A DNA stretch of 64,000 nucleotides from Anaerosomatales bacterium (lineage in GTDB: Bacteria; Actinomycetota; Coriobacteriia; Anaerosomatales; SLCP01), in NCBI GenBank assembly GCA_029210645.1, contig JARGFT010000011.1, positions 9,519 through 73,518 of the forward strand, written 5' to 3'. The notes under the pieces were generated by a model. The model worked only from the letters and a program-made list of their open reading frames with translations, was not told the origin of the DNA and made no database searches. A program made the translations under genes and the position numbers. Shown here in pieces: positions 21,437 through 30,285 of the stretch; within the stretch, counting starts at the first letter, position 1, and each line of letters opens with the position of its first letter.

Positions 21437-22081
21437 ATGAAACGGAGACATGCAACCACAAGAGCGGTCACGGCACTGCTGATCGTGCTCGGCGTCCTCG
21501 TGCCCGCATACGCGTTCGCGGCGTACAGGATGGTGCCGACGACGTGCACGAGCAGGTGTGCCAAGCAGCAGACGACCTACTGGTGCGGCCCCGCGAGCAC
21601 ACATTTCGTACTGCACTCGCAGGGACGCAACCTCGCGCAGTCGACCCTCGCTCGAGAGCTGAAAGGGTACCGCGGGGCGACCGCGATCGAGAACATCCCC
21701 GCCGTGCTCAACAGGTACAAGAGGGTCTCCATCAAGTACGTGCACGTGCCCCGCCGCTACATCACGAGCACCTCGCTCGTGAGAAGCATCATCACCTACG
21801 CAGTCGATCGCAAGTCCAGCGCGATCCCCTGCGTCAACCCGTACCCATACACCAACACCGCAGGGTACTACTCACCGGGCCTCCCGACCTATAGCGGCAC
21901 GAAGGCCGGCGGACACTACGTGGTGATTCGCGGGTACAACATCTCCTCGACCAGCGACTACGTCTACTACTTCGATCCGCACTACAGCTCCACACATTAC
22001 GGGAAGAGGCGCGCGAGCGTGTGGGCGATGGCCCGATCGATCCGGGTGAAGAACTATGGCAGCCAGGGCATCGTCTACTAG
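21437..22081 (+). CDS. Secreted papain-fold cysteine peptidase, C39-like
   Basis: 214 aa. Sec signal MKRRHATTRAVTALLIVLGVLVPAYA/FA, Cys motif QQTTYWCGPAS, His motif GGHYVVIRGY, then YYFDPH. Start chosen at ATG 21437. The long ORF from 20777 is antisense to hom. Confidence 0.7.
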   Translation: MKRRHATTRAVTALLIVLGVLVPAYAFAAYRMVPTTCTSRCAKQQTTYWCGPASTHFVLHSQGRNLAQSTLARELKGYRGATAIENIPAVLNRYKRVSIKYVHVPRRYITSTSLVRSIITYAVDRKSSAIPCVNPYPYTNTAGYYSPGLPTYSGTKAGGHYVVIRGYNISSTSDYVYYFDPHYSSTHYGKRRASVWAMARSIRVKNYGSQGIVY

Positions 22082-22976
22082 CGCCGCCGCGGAGCGGCCG
22101 AGCGGCAGCGCACGTACCGCCGGGCGCGGGAGGAGAGCTGCCATCGGCATCGCCTGGGGGCAGGCATGCCTCTTCGCGGCGAGCACTCTGGTGCCGGCCC
22201 AGGGCATACGGGCTGGAGCGGAGCTCGGCTCACCGGCGCTGCGCGTTCTCGAGTGGACGCTGTTGCTTCCGCTGAGCCTGAGCGTTGCCGCGGTGTACCG
22301 GACTGCGAACACGACAGAAGCGCTCGCCGCCCACGGCCTGCCGCAGACGGCGCTCCCGCTGCCCGCGCTCGCCGGCTGGACGCTCGTGGCGTTTTTCGCC
22401 GCGCTTCTTGCCTCCCGTGGGCAGATGGTGGCCCGCGCGGCGCTCGCGATCGCCGTGGTTGCCGGGTGCGTGGCGGCCGGGGTGCACGTTCCTGCGACCG
22501 CCGAGGCGCGCGATGCCGAGCAGATCTTCCTGCGCATGGTCAAGACCGATCTCGACCCTTGGGACGACCCGGTCTCGCGCTCCGCGGCCAGGGCACTGGC
22601 GACTCGCTATCCCGATTCGCGCTGGGCGTCCGAGGCCTGGAGGGTCATTGCCATCGACGCGGAACGGCGTGACAGCGTGTCGGAGGCACTCGCCGCCTGG
22701 CAGTCCTTCGGAGAGTGCTTCGACAACACATCGGCACCGGGGCGGTCGCTGGCCGCGCTCAACTCCGCCCGCCTGTTGGAGCGGTCGGCCCCTGCGGACG
22801 TCGCCGCGGCCCACTACGCACGAGCGCTCCGCTCGATCGGAACGGGCGAGGACGCCGTACAGGCATGGATCGCCCCAGAAGCTGCGGGCAGCCTCGCGCG
22901 GCTCTCGCAGCGCAGCGGACTCTATGCGACCGCGGCGTACTGGCAGCGCAGAACGCAGCCAGACCCTGGAAAATGA
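22056..22976 (+). CDS. Hypothetical membrane protein with TPR/YbgF-BamD-like C-terminal half
   Basis: 306 aa with high GC3 in this frame. About 3-4 hydrophobic segments are followed by ...ATRYPDSRWASEAW... helical repeats. Start uncertain; ATG 22056 overlaps the peptidase gene by 26 nt. Confidence 0.55.
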   Translation: MAARASSTSAAAERPSGSARTAGRGRRAAIGIAWGQACLFAASTLVPAQGIRAGAELGSPALRVLEWTLLLPLSLSVAAVYRTANTTEALAAHGLPQTALPLPALAGWTLVAFFAALLASRGQMVARAALAIAVVAGCVAAGVHVPATAEARDAEQIFLRMVKTDLDPWDDPVSRSAARALATRYPDSRWASEAWRVIAIDAERRDSVSEALAAWQSFGECFDNTSAPGRSLAALNSARLLERSAPADVAAAHYARALRSIGTGEDAVQAWIAPEAAGSLARLSQRSGLYATAAYWQRRTQPDPGK

Positions 22977-23001
22977 CCCATTCGAAACAAGGAGGTCTGA
23001 G

Positions 23002-24111
23002 ATGAGTACGTCTCGCAACATGCCCCGGATCGTCGGGGCGACGGTACTGGCAGCACTCATGATCGCCGTCGTCGTCGCCACGGCGTCCGCCGGCCGAGCG
23101 CGCGTGGCAAGCGCGTTTGCCGACGACGTAAAGGCGGAGATGGCACGAACCTATCGCGATGCATCGACGTGGCGCGCGCACATCGAGGAGCGGGAACTCG
23201 TCGCTGACGGCGCCTACCGCACCACCAGACACCGCGTGGCGGTAGGCGGCCCGAACCGGTACCGCATCGAGACGATCGAGCAGGACGCGAGTGGCAGGGA
23301 GGTCACCTCGGTCACCCTGAGAAACGGCAACACCGTCTACGCGGCCATGCCGACGGAGGACGGAGGCGTACACGTCCTCGAGCTGCGCAACGCACCGCCG
23401 AGCCTCGGCGCGCTGGCCGACAACATGCTCGGCCAACGAGTGCGCGACCTCGCGCGTGCGGGTGAGATGCGCTATGCCGGTCGCGACCGAATCCGTGGGA
23501 ACGCGGCACTCAAGCTCGTGGTCGAGCCCGACCACCTCGCCTGGGTCGATGCGACCACCAACATACCGCTGCGCGAGCAGTTCCTCGCGGACGGTGCGCC
23601 CGTCCACGAGATCGAGTTCCTGTCGTTCGAGACGAACCGCCGGATCGAGGAGGCCGAGTTCGACCCCTCATCGCTGGGGGCGGTACCGTCGGCGACCGAG
23701 GACCTCGGGTTCCGCAGCGCCGACCTGCGCTCCGCACCCACACTACTCGGGTTCACGCCGCGGGAGTTCTCGGCCCCCGACGAGTGGCGGCTTCTCGAGT
23801 CCGGCTATGTCGAGCCGACCGCGGCGTTCGACGAAGTCCCGGGCACGCACACGTGGATCTCTCACTACAGCACACCCGTCGGACCCGTGATCATCACCCA
23901 GTCCGCGGTGGACGAGGAGTTCGTGCTCTCGCCCGAGGCCGGAGATGGGACAGAGGGGCCGCTGCTCACCGAGGTCGGCGGTCATCGTGTCGCCTACTAC
24001 ACCGATCCGTGGCGGACCCACGCGACGATGCACGTGGGCGATACGATCGTTTCGGTCGAGGGGGTACTGCCGTTCGAGACGGTGCTCGATGCACTGGCAC
24101 GGGTACGATGA
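23002..24111 (+). CDS. Membrane-anchored LolA/RseB-like lipoprotein-sorting fold + DUF4367-like C-terminal domain
   Basis: ATG lies 6 nt after AAGGAGG. N-terminal anchor ...IVGATVLAALMIAVVVATASA. The middle region resembles LolA/MucB-RseB-type proteins and the C-terminal ~100 aa resembles DUF4367. Confidence 0.65.
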   Translation: MSTSRNMPRIVGATVLAALMIAVVVATASAGRARVASAFADDVKAEMARTYRDASTWRAHIEERELVADGAYRTTRHRVAVGGPNRYRIETIEQDASGREVTSVTLRNGNTVYAAMPTEDGGVHVLELRNAPPSLGALADNMLGQRVRDLARAGEMRYAGRDRIRGNAALKLVVEPDHLAWVDATTNIPLREQFLADGAPVHEIEFLSFETNRRIEEAEFDPSSLGAVPSATEDLGFRSADLRSAPTLLGFTPREFSAPDEWRLLESGYVEPTAAFDEVPGTHTWISHYSTPVGPVIITQSAVDEEFVLSPEAGDGTEGPLLTEVGGHRVAYYTDPWRTHATMHVGDTIVSVEGVLPFETVLDALARVR

Positions 24112-25064
24112 GGAGGGCGGGGGTGGTGCGCATGCCGGAGACCACAGGGGCGAGACGCTTCGCGATCATCATCGGGACCCTTCTGCTCGCGTTCGCCCTC
24201 GGCGCGTCCGCAGGTTGCTCTCAAGCGGGGGGCGAATCCGGCGACGCGCCGGGAAGCGGATCAGCGGGACCCGTGGCGGTCGACACCAACGGCGAGCCAT
24301 ATCCCCAGCTGGAGGGGCTCGTGTTCGTCAGACAGGGGTCGATCTGGGCAGTCGAGGACGGTATCGCCCGTCAGGTTATCGATATCGCGTCGCCATGGTC
24401 TCTCCGTGACGCGCGGAGCGGAGACGCCATCACCTACGCTTCGCTCGAGGGCACGAACGCCCACGTCTACACGGCTGCACGAGGCGACTGGCGGCCCGAG
24501 TCGATGTGGGAGACGGAGATGGGCTCGCTGCTCGTCGAGAGCTCACACGACGATATCGCCGATGCGCTCTGGTTCTCGGTGAGCGGCGAACAGACTGCCA
24601 CTATCGGGGTGCGCGACGGGACGGGCACTGCGGGCACGCTGGAGATGGCGGTGGAAGCCTCCCCGTACTTCGCGGTCCGCTACGAGGATGGGACTATCTT
24701 CGTAGTGGGGGCTTCGCAGGAACCGGCACGGCTCTACGAAGTAGGAGTGGAGACACGAGAGCTGCTCGTTGCGGGCACACTCTTCTCTCCACGCCTGTCC
24801 CCGGACGGGACCCGGGTGCTGCTGACCGGATCGGATCAGGGCACCGGCACGTTCCACCTCTGGGTCGTCGACACCTCGTCCGGATCGCTCGCCGATATCG
24901 GAGTCGGTGCGGGTGTGCCCACCGATCCGGTCTGGTCTCGCGACGGCACGCGCATCGCGTTTCGGGACACGCACACCGGCACGGTGTGGATCGTGCCCGC
25001 CACCGAAGGTGGTGCTGCTCACGACACCGGTCTACTCGCAGATGAGGGAGGGCTCGCCTGGTAG
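24108..25064 (+). CDS. Lipoprotein with TolB-like (PD40/WD40-like) beta-propeller repeats
   Basis: Lipobox ...LAFALGASAGC. Repeated ...SPDGTRVLL.../...SRDGTRIAF... motifs are typical of PD40 repeats. ATGA overlap with the upstream stop. Alternative ATG at 24132. Confidence 0.65.
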   Translation: MRRAGVVRMPETTGARRFAIIIGTLLLAFALGASAGCSQAGGESGDAPGSGSAGPVAVDTNGEPYPQLEGLVFVRQGSIWAVEDGIARQVIDIASPWSLRDARSGDAITYASLEGTNAHVYTAARGDWRPESMWETEMGSLLVESSHDDIADALWFSVSGEQTATIGVRDGTGTAGTLEMAVEASPYFAVRYEDGTIFVVGASQEPARLYEVGVETRELLVAGTLFSPRLSPDGTRVLLTGSDQGTGTFHLWVVDTSSGSLADIGVGAGVPTDPVWSRDGTRIAFRDTHTGTVWIVPATEGGAAHDTGLLADEGGLAW

Positions 25065-25138
25065 ACCGGCACGTGCGCTGCGAGCAGCGTGATGTGGTGG
25101 CGTGCGCCGGGTACCAACCCCGGAGGAGGTGCCCCAGG

Positions 25139-25804
25139 GTGGAAACCGCAACAGCTCTTGCGCCGTTCGTCGTCGCCGGATCGATACTGCCGACATGGAC
25201 GATCGTCGTCATCGCCCTGCTCGGCACCGCTCGGCCGGTCGCGAACAGCACCGCGTTCGTTCTCGGGAATGCTGCGTTTCGCGCGTTGCTCGGGATCGCC
25301 GTGCTGTTCGTGATCCCGCTCCCCGACAGCGAGAGTTTCCGGCTCGACTCCGGCGCCTGGGACGCGCGCGCGGTGATCGTGTTCGGCGTGGGGCTTCTCG
25401 CACTCGCGGCGTGGCTCTGGACGCGGCCCCCGGCGCCGGAGGGCGACAGCTGGGTCGAGCGGGCGGAGCAGATCCGCCCGCGGACCGCATTCGTGGTCGG
25501 CGCTCTGATGACCGCCTCTCCGGGCGTGCAATACGCCTACCTGCTCGGCGGGTTGGCCGCTGTGCTCGAAACCACTGGCGGTCCTGTCGAGCGCGTCGTC
25601 GCCCTGGGGGTGTTCGTCCTTGCCCTGCAGTGGATGCTCGCAACGCCGATTGCGATCTACCTGCTCTTCCGCGAGGGCGCGAAGCGCATCCTGCAGCGGA
25701 TGAAGGCATGGCTGAGAGCCTACGGCCAACGGCTGATAGCGGGTGTGCTCGGGGTCGCGGGCGCCTACGTGACGGTCATAGGCGTCCAGCAGCTGCTGGC
25801 CTGA
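25139..25804 (+). CDS. Polytopic membrane protein (GAP/Sap-like family, tentative)
   Basis: About 6 TM helices. GTG start lies 9 nt after GGAGGAGG. Family assignment is from memory and is weak. Confidence 0.5.
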   Translation: METATALAPFVVAGSILPTWTIVVIALLGTARPVANSTAFVLGNAAFRALLGIAVLFVIPLPDSESFRLDSGAWDARAVIVFGVGLLALAAWLWTRPPAPEGDSWVERAEQIRPRTAFVVGALMTASPGVQYAYLLGGLAAVLETTGGPVERVVALGVFVLALQWMLATPIAIYLLFREGAKRILQRMKAWLRAYGQRLIAGVLGVAGAYVTVIGVQQLLA

Positions 25805-25815
25805 GTCGCGCGCTC

Positions 25816-26307
25816 CTAGAACGTGTCACCGAGCCCGGCGCCGAGCCCTACGGTCCCTGAGACCGAGGAGGCGTCCTCACCGAGTTCGCGCACGGTGATG
25901 ATCGATTGGGCGCCGGCACCCTTGAAGAGATAGAGCACCACGCCCTGGGAGTCTGCGCCGGAGAGCCTCTCTTCCCGGTCGAGCACCCAGTTCGCCCCCG
26001 CATAGGCAAGGCGGTACCATTCGCTCACGAGATCAACCGGCTCGGCTGCCTCGAGATCGTAGCCCCAGACCGAGCCCGGGGTCACGACCTGCGTGCCGGT
26101 CACGATGGCATCGAACACCGGCACCTGGAACGGGAACCCCTCGGCGAGTTCGGTCGACTTGCGCTCCATGGACATCGCGTGGGCGGGAACGTCGACCGCC
26201 GGACGCTCCACGGCAGCGGTGTCGACCGGCGGATTCGCAGTGCAGCCGAGGAGCAGTACGATCATCGACACGACCAGGGCAGCGGCTGAGGTCGTGCGTC
26301 GGAACAT
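25816..26307 (-). CDS. Small lipoprotein, function unknown
   Basis: Start trimmed to MFRRTTSAAALVVSMIVLLLGC (lipobox LLGC). About 163 aa, directly downstream of lysA. Confidence 0.6.
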   Translation of the reverse strand: MFRRTTSAAALVVSMIVLLLGCTANPPVDTAAVERPAVDVPAHAMSMERKSTELAEGFPFQVPVFDAIVTGTQVVTPGSVWGYDLEAAEPVDLVSEWYRLAYAGANWVLDREERLSGADSQGVVLYLFKGAGAQSIITVRELGEDASSVSGTVGLGAGLGDTF

Positions 26308-26312
26308 CCGCC

Positions 26313-27683
26313 TCACCCCCCGAGCACGTCGTTGCGCATGAGGTCGTCGTAGGTCTCGCGCTTGATGACCCAGCGCCACTGCCCGTCGCGCACGAACACC
26401 ACGCCGGGACGCACCTGCTTGTTGTAGTTGCTCGCCATCGACTGGCAGTATGCGCCGGTCGCGCAGACGCACAGCACGTCACCGGGCTCCGGGCACTGCA
26501 GCGAGGCATCGTTGACCACGATGTCCCCGCTCTCGCAGTGCTTGCCGGCCACGGTCGCGACCATCTCGCGCGGCTGGTCGGCCTTGTTGGCGAGCAGCGC
26601 CTCGTAGTGTGCGTCGTAAAGCGAGGTTCGGATGTTGTCGGACATGCCCCCGTCCACCGCCACGTACGTGCGGATGTCCGGGATCTCCTTGATTGAGCCG
26701 ACGGTGTAGAGCGTCACGCCGGCGTTCGCCACGATGGAGCGCCCCGGCTCGACGGCCATGCGCGGCACCGCCAGTCCGTGTTTCTCGCACTCCTCCTTGA
26801 TGCCGTCGACCACCACCTTGCCGAAGTCCTTGACGGTCGAGGGTTCGTCCGGCGCACCGTACGCGACGCCGAGCCCGCCCCCGACGTCGAGCATGCGTAC
26901 CGGTTGGCCCGTCCCGCTCTCGATCTCGCGCATGAACGCGACGATGACCTCGATGGCGCGGGCGAAACTGTGGAGCGCGAAGATCTGCGAACCGATGTGC
27001 ATGTGCAGGCCCTCGAAGTCGATGCCGGGCAGGCCGATGGCACGCTTGACCGCCTCCATCGCGAGTCCCTGGTTCAACCCGAATCCGAACTTGGAGTCCT
27101 CGGCACCGGTCATGATGAAGTCGTGGGTGTCCGCCTCGACACCCGGCGTGACGCGGATGAGCACCTTCTGCGACGCGCCGCGCGCTGACGCGAGTGCGGA
27201 GAGCCGTTCCATCTCCTCGAAGTTGTCCACGACGATGCGCCCAACTCCGGCATCGAGACATTCGGCGAGCTCGGCAGGGGTCTTGTTGTTGCCGTGCACC
27301 TGCACGCGCTCGGCCGGGAAGCCGGCGCGGATCGCGTACGCGAGCTCTCCTCCGGACGCACACAGCAGGCAGCAGTCCTCCTCGGCGACGATCCTGATCA
27401 TCGCGAGCGAGAGGAACGCCTTGCCCGCGTACACGACGTCCACGTCGGGCCAGTGGAAGCGCGTCCAGCGCACGTACTCCGCGAGCTGGTGGCGGATCGT
27501 CGCCTCGTCCATGACGTAGAGTGCGGTGCCCGCCTCGCGGGCCAGGTCGACCATGTCGACGCCGCCGATCCACAGGTGTCCGTCGCGCACCTCGGCCGTC
27601 ATCGGCAGCACCGGAGCGAGGTCGGCCGCGGTCTTCAGGTCGGGAACCGCCCGCGGGCGGGGCGTGCTCGGCTTGGCGGCCAT
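26313..27683 (-). CDS. lysA: Diaminopimelate decarboxylase
   Basis: 456 aa, fold-III PLP decarboxylase with ...YAGKAF... (PLP Lys) and ...CESGD... motifs. Confidence 0.95.
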   Translation of the reverse strand: MAAKPSTPRPRAVPDLKTAADLAPVLPMTAEVRDGHLWIGGVDMVDLAREAGTALYVMDEATIRHQLAEYVRWTRFHWPDVDVVYAGKAFLSLAMIRIVAEEDCCLLCASGGELAYAIRAGFPAERVQVHGNNKTPAELAECLDAGVGRIVVDNFEEMERLSALASARGASQKVLIRVTPGVEADTHDFIMTGAEDSKFGFGLNQGLAMEAVKRAIGLPGIDFEGLHMHIGSQIFALHSFARAIEVIVAFMREIESGTGQPVRMLDVGGGLGVAYGAPDEPSTVKDFGKVVVDGIKEECEKHGLAVPRMAVEPGRSIVANAGVTLYTVGSIKEIPDIRTYVAVDGGMSDNIRTSLYDAHYEALLANKADQPREMVATVAGKHCESGDIVVNDASLQCPEPGDVLCVCATGAYCQSMASNYNKQVRPGVVFVRDGQWRWVIKRETYDDLMRNDVLGG

Positions 27684-27693
27684 GGTGCTCCTC

Positions 27694-29406
27694 CTACATC
27701 CGTTCGGGCGCGCTCACGCCCACCAGACCGAGCACGGTAGCGAGCGCGATCCGGGTGGCGTCGACGGCGTACAGGCGGGCTGCGGTGAGATCGGTGTCGT
27801 CCGGGTCGACCACCCGGCACTGCGTGTAGAACTGGTGGAACGATGCCGCAAGCTCCTCGGCGTAGCGGGTGAGCTTGTTCGGGGCGAGTTGGCGCGCGGC
27901 CACCTCGACCACGTCGGGGAACGCGGCGAGCTTGCGCATGAGCGCGAGCTCGGGCTCGCTCGCGAGCAGGTGGAGAGGTGCGTCTCCCGCCACGAGCGCC
28001 GTGGCGGTCGCTGCGATGTCCACACTCGTGTCGGCGGTGTCGGCGCCGGCGGCCTTGCGCAGGATCGCGCAGATGCGGGCGTGCGCGTACTGCACGTAGT
28101 AGACCGGGTTGTCGCTCGACTGTTCCTTGGCGAGCACGATGTCGAAGTCGAGCGCCTGGTCGGTCGAGCGCCTCAGGAAGAAGTAGCGCGCCGCGTCGGG
28201 GCCGACCTCGTCGAGCAGGTCCTCGAAGGTCACCATCTCCCCGGTACGCTTGCTCATCCGGACAACCTCACCGGCGCGGAACAGGTTGACGAGCTGGCCG
28301 ATGACGATGGTGAGCTTGCCCTCGTGGCCGAGCGCGGCGACGGCCGCTTCCATCCGCTTCACGTAGCCGTGGTGGTCCGCCCCCCAGATATTGATGACGC
28401 GGTCGAAGCCGCGGTCGTACTTGTCGGCATGGTACGCGATGTCGGCCGCGAAGTAGGTGTAGGAGCCGTCGGCCTTCTTGAGCACGCGGTCTTTGTCGTC
28501 GCCGAGCGCGGTGGACCGGAACCACAGCGCGCCCTCGTGCTCGTAGGTGTGACCGGCCTCCTTCAGGCGCGCCAGCGTACGCTCCACCGCGGTCACGCCG
28601 TCGGCGGAAGACGCGACGTGCAGGCTCCGCTCGGAGAACCACACGTCGAAGTCCACACCCATGCCGTGCAAGACGTGCTCGAGATGCGCCAGCACCTGGG
28701 CGTAGGCCCGCTCGAGGAAGTGCGACTCACGCCCGGACGGCTCGGCATCTGCCCACTTCTCGCCTTCGTCCTGGAGGATCTCGCGAGCGATCTCGGTGAT
28801 GTATGCCCCGCGGTACCCCTCCTCGGGAAACTCCACCTCGCGCCCGCACAGCTCGAGGTAGCGCGCGGCAACCGACTTGGCGAAGGTGTCCATCTGGACG
28901 CCCTGGTCGTTGATGTAGAACTCGCGCTCGACGAGCCATCCCGCGTGAGCGAGCACGCGGGCCATGCTGTCGCCGAGCGCTGCCCACCGGCCGTGGCCGA
29001 CGTGCATCGGCCCAACGGGGTTGGCCGAGACGAACTCGACCTGGACGCGCCTGCCGCCACCCTCGTCGATGCGCCCGTAGCCGGAACCCGCCAGCCGCAC
29101 CTCGGTGAGCACGCGCTGAAGGGCGTTCGCCGAGAGCCGGATGTTGATGAACCCCGGACCGGCGACCTCGACGGCGGCGACATCCGGGTGCCCGCTCATC
29201 CGCGTCGCAACCGCCTCGGCAAGCTGCCGCGGATTCATGGCGGCCGCCTTGGCCGAGACCATGGCGACGTTGGTCGCCCAGTCGCCATGCGATGGGTCGC
29301 GGGGATGCTCGACCCGTACCTCCGGCACATCGGCGAGCACCACATCACCCGCGTCGATGGCGGCGGCGAGCGCATCACGAACGAGCGTGGCGGCGAGCTC
29401 TCTCAC
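27694..29406 (-). CDS. argS: Arginine--tRNA ligase
   Basis: 570 aa with a HIGH-like ...ANPVGPMHVGHGR... motif and a conserved DALR anticodon-binding C-terminus. GTG start lies 10 nt after GGAG. Confidence 0.96.
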   Translation of the reverse strand: MRELAATLVRDALAAAIDAGDVVLADVPEVRVEHPRDPSHGDWATNVAMVSAKAAAMNPRQLAEAVATRMSGHPDVAAVEVAGPGFINIRLSANALQRVLTEVRLAGSGYGRIDEGGGRRVQVEFVSANPVGPMHVGHGRWAALGDSMARVLAHAGWLVEREFYINDQGVQMDTFAKSVAARYLELCGREVEFPEEGYRGAYITEIAREILQDEGEKWADAEPSGRESHFLERAYAQVLAHLEHVLHGMGVDFDVWFSERSLHVASSADGVTAVERTLARLKEAGHTYEHEGALWFRSTALGDDKDRVLKKADGSYTYFAADIAYHADKYDRGFDRVINIWGADHHGYVKRMEAAVAALGHEGKLTIVIGQLVNLFRAGEVVRMSKRTGEMVTFEDLLDEVGPDAARYFFLRRSTDQALDFDIVLAKEQSSDNPVYYVQYAHARICAILRKAAGADTADTSVDIAATATALVAGDAPLHLLASEPELALMRKLAAFPDVVEVAARQLAPNKLTRYAEELAASFHQFYTQCRVVDPDDTDLTAARLYAVDATRIALATVLGLVGVSAPERM

Positions 29407-29410
29407 GGGT

Positions 29411-29473
29411 CACGGACTCCTCGGAACGGGACGGAAACAGCGGGCTCTCCAGAATAGCGTGAGGAGTCCCGTG
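29411..29473 (-). promoter_or_regulatory. argS leader hairpin whose 3' arm contains the Shine-Dalgarno sequence
   Basis: mRNA reads 5'-CACGGGACUCCUC-(38 nt)-GAGGAGUCCGUG-ACCC-GUG. The stem is 12 bp with one bulge. The 3' arm includes GAGGAG, the only SD for argS. Confidence 0.35.
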
Positions 29474-29499
29474 CGGCAACGCAGCGAAACGCATGCGCC

Positions 29500-29751
29500 T
29501 CAGCGAATGGCCCTGCCGATGGCGAGCAGGATGATCGCTCCGATGGTCGCCACGATGATCGACCACAGGTCCACCCCGCCAACGCCGCTGAACCCGAACA
29601 GTCCCATCACGAACCCGCCTACGAGCGCCCCGATGATACCGAGGATGACAGTGACGATGCACCCTTTGCGCTCTCCCCCGCCCATGATCACCTGGGCGAG
29701 TAGTCCCGCAACCAGACCCACCGCCACCCAGCTCAGCAGACCCATCGTCAT
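29500..29751 (-). CDS. GlsB/YeaQ/YmgE family transglycosylase-associated membrane protein
   Basis: 83 aa, Gly-rich with 3 TM helices: MTMGLLSWVAVGLVAGLLAQ...GIIGALVGGF... Confidence 0.75.
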   Translation of the reverse strand: MTMGLLSWVAVGLVAGLLAQVIMGGGERKGCIVTVILGIIGALVGGFVMGLFGFSGVGGVDLWSIIVATIGAIILLAIGRAIR

Positions 29752-29820
29752 CTCCCTTCGCTCGCGTACGGGCATGCCAGGAAGATACCCGTTCGGGAGC
29801 GAACGACCGACACCACGCGT

Positions 29821-30285
29821 CTAGCGGTGGTACGGCTCGCCGCGCACGATGCGGAAGGCCCGATAGATCTGCTCGAGCAGGACCACGCGCGCGAGCTGGT
29901 GCGGCAGCGTCATCGGGCCGAGACTGAGGCGGGAGTCGGCACGTGCGAGCACTCCCGGTGCCAGGCCCGCCGCCCCGCCGAGAACGAACGCCACGTGACT
30001 GCGGCCGCCCACCATGTGATCGGCAAGATCGTCGGCGAAGCCCTCCGAGGACAGCGCGCGGCCTGAGATCTCGAGTGCGACAACGTGGGCGCCGTCGGGC
30101 AGCGCCCGCAGCACATCGGCAGCCTCCTCGGAAAGAGCGCGCGCCTCGTCGCGGGTCACATCACGGTCGGGCACTTCGATCACCTCGACGGTGGCATACG
30201 GCCGCAACCGCTTCAGGTACTCGGCAGCACCATCGCGCCAGTACGCCTCCTTGAGACGCCCGACGGCGACAAGCGTGACCCTCAT
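29821..30285 (-). CDS. rlmH: 23S rRNA (pseudouridine1915-N3)-methyltransferase
   Basis: 154 aa SPOUT protein, MRVTLVAVGRLKE...GGAAGL... Confidence 0.9.
   Translation of the reverse strand: MRVTLVAVGRLKEAYWRDGAAEYLKRLRPYATVEVIEVPDRDVTRDEARALSEEAADVLRALPDGAHVVALEISGRALSSEGFADDLADHMVGGRSHVAFVLGGAAGLAPGVLARADSRLSLGPMTLPHQLARVVLLEQIYRAFRIVRGEPYHR

Noticed and set aside
22285-23001. 5' extension of the 608-aa ORF containing the LolA-like protein
   Set aside because: It overlaps the better-supported frame at 22056-22976. The ATG at 23002 has an AAGGAGG SD 6 nt upstream and is followed by a signal anchor.
27526-29457. 643-aa plus-strand ORF opposite argS
   Set aside because: Same reasoning: argS on the minus strand is unambiguous and the antisense frame has a shadow-ORF composition.
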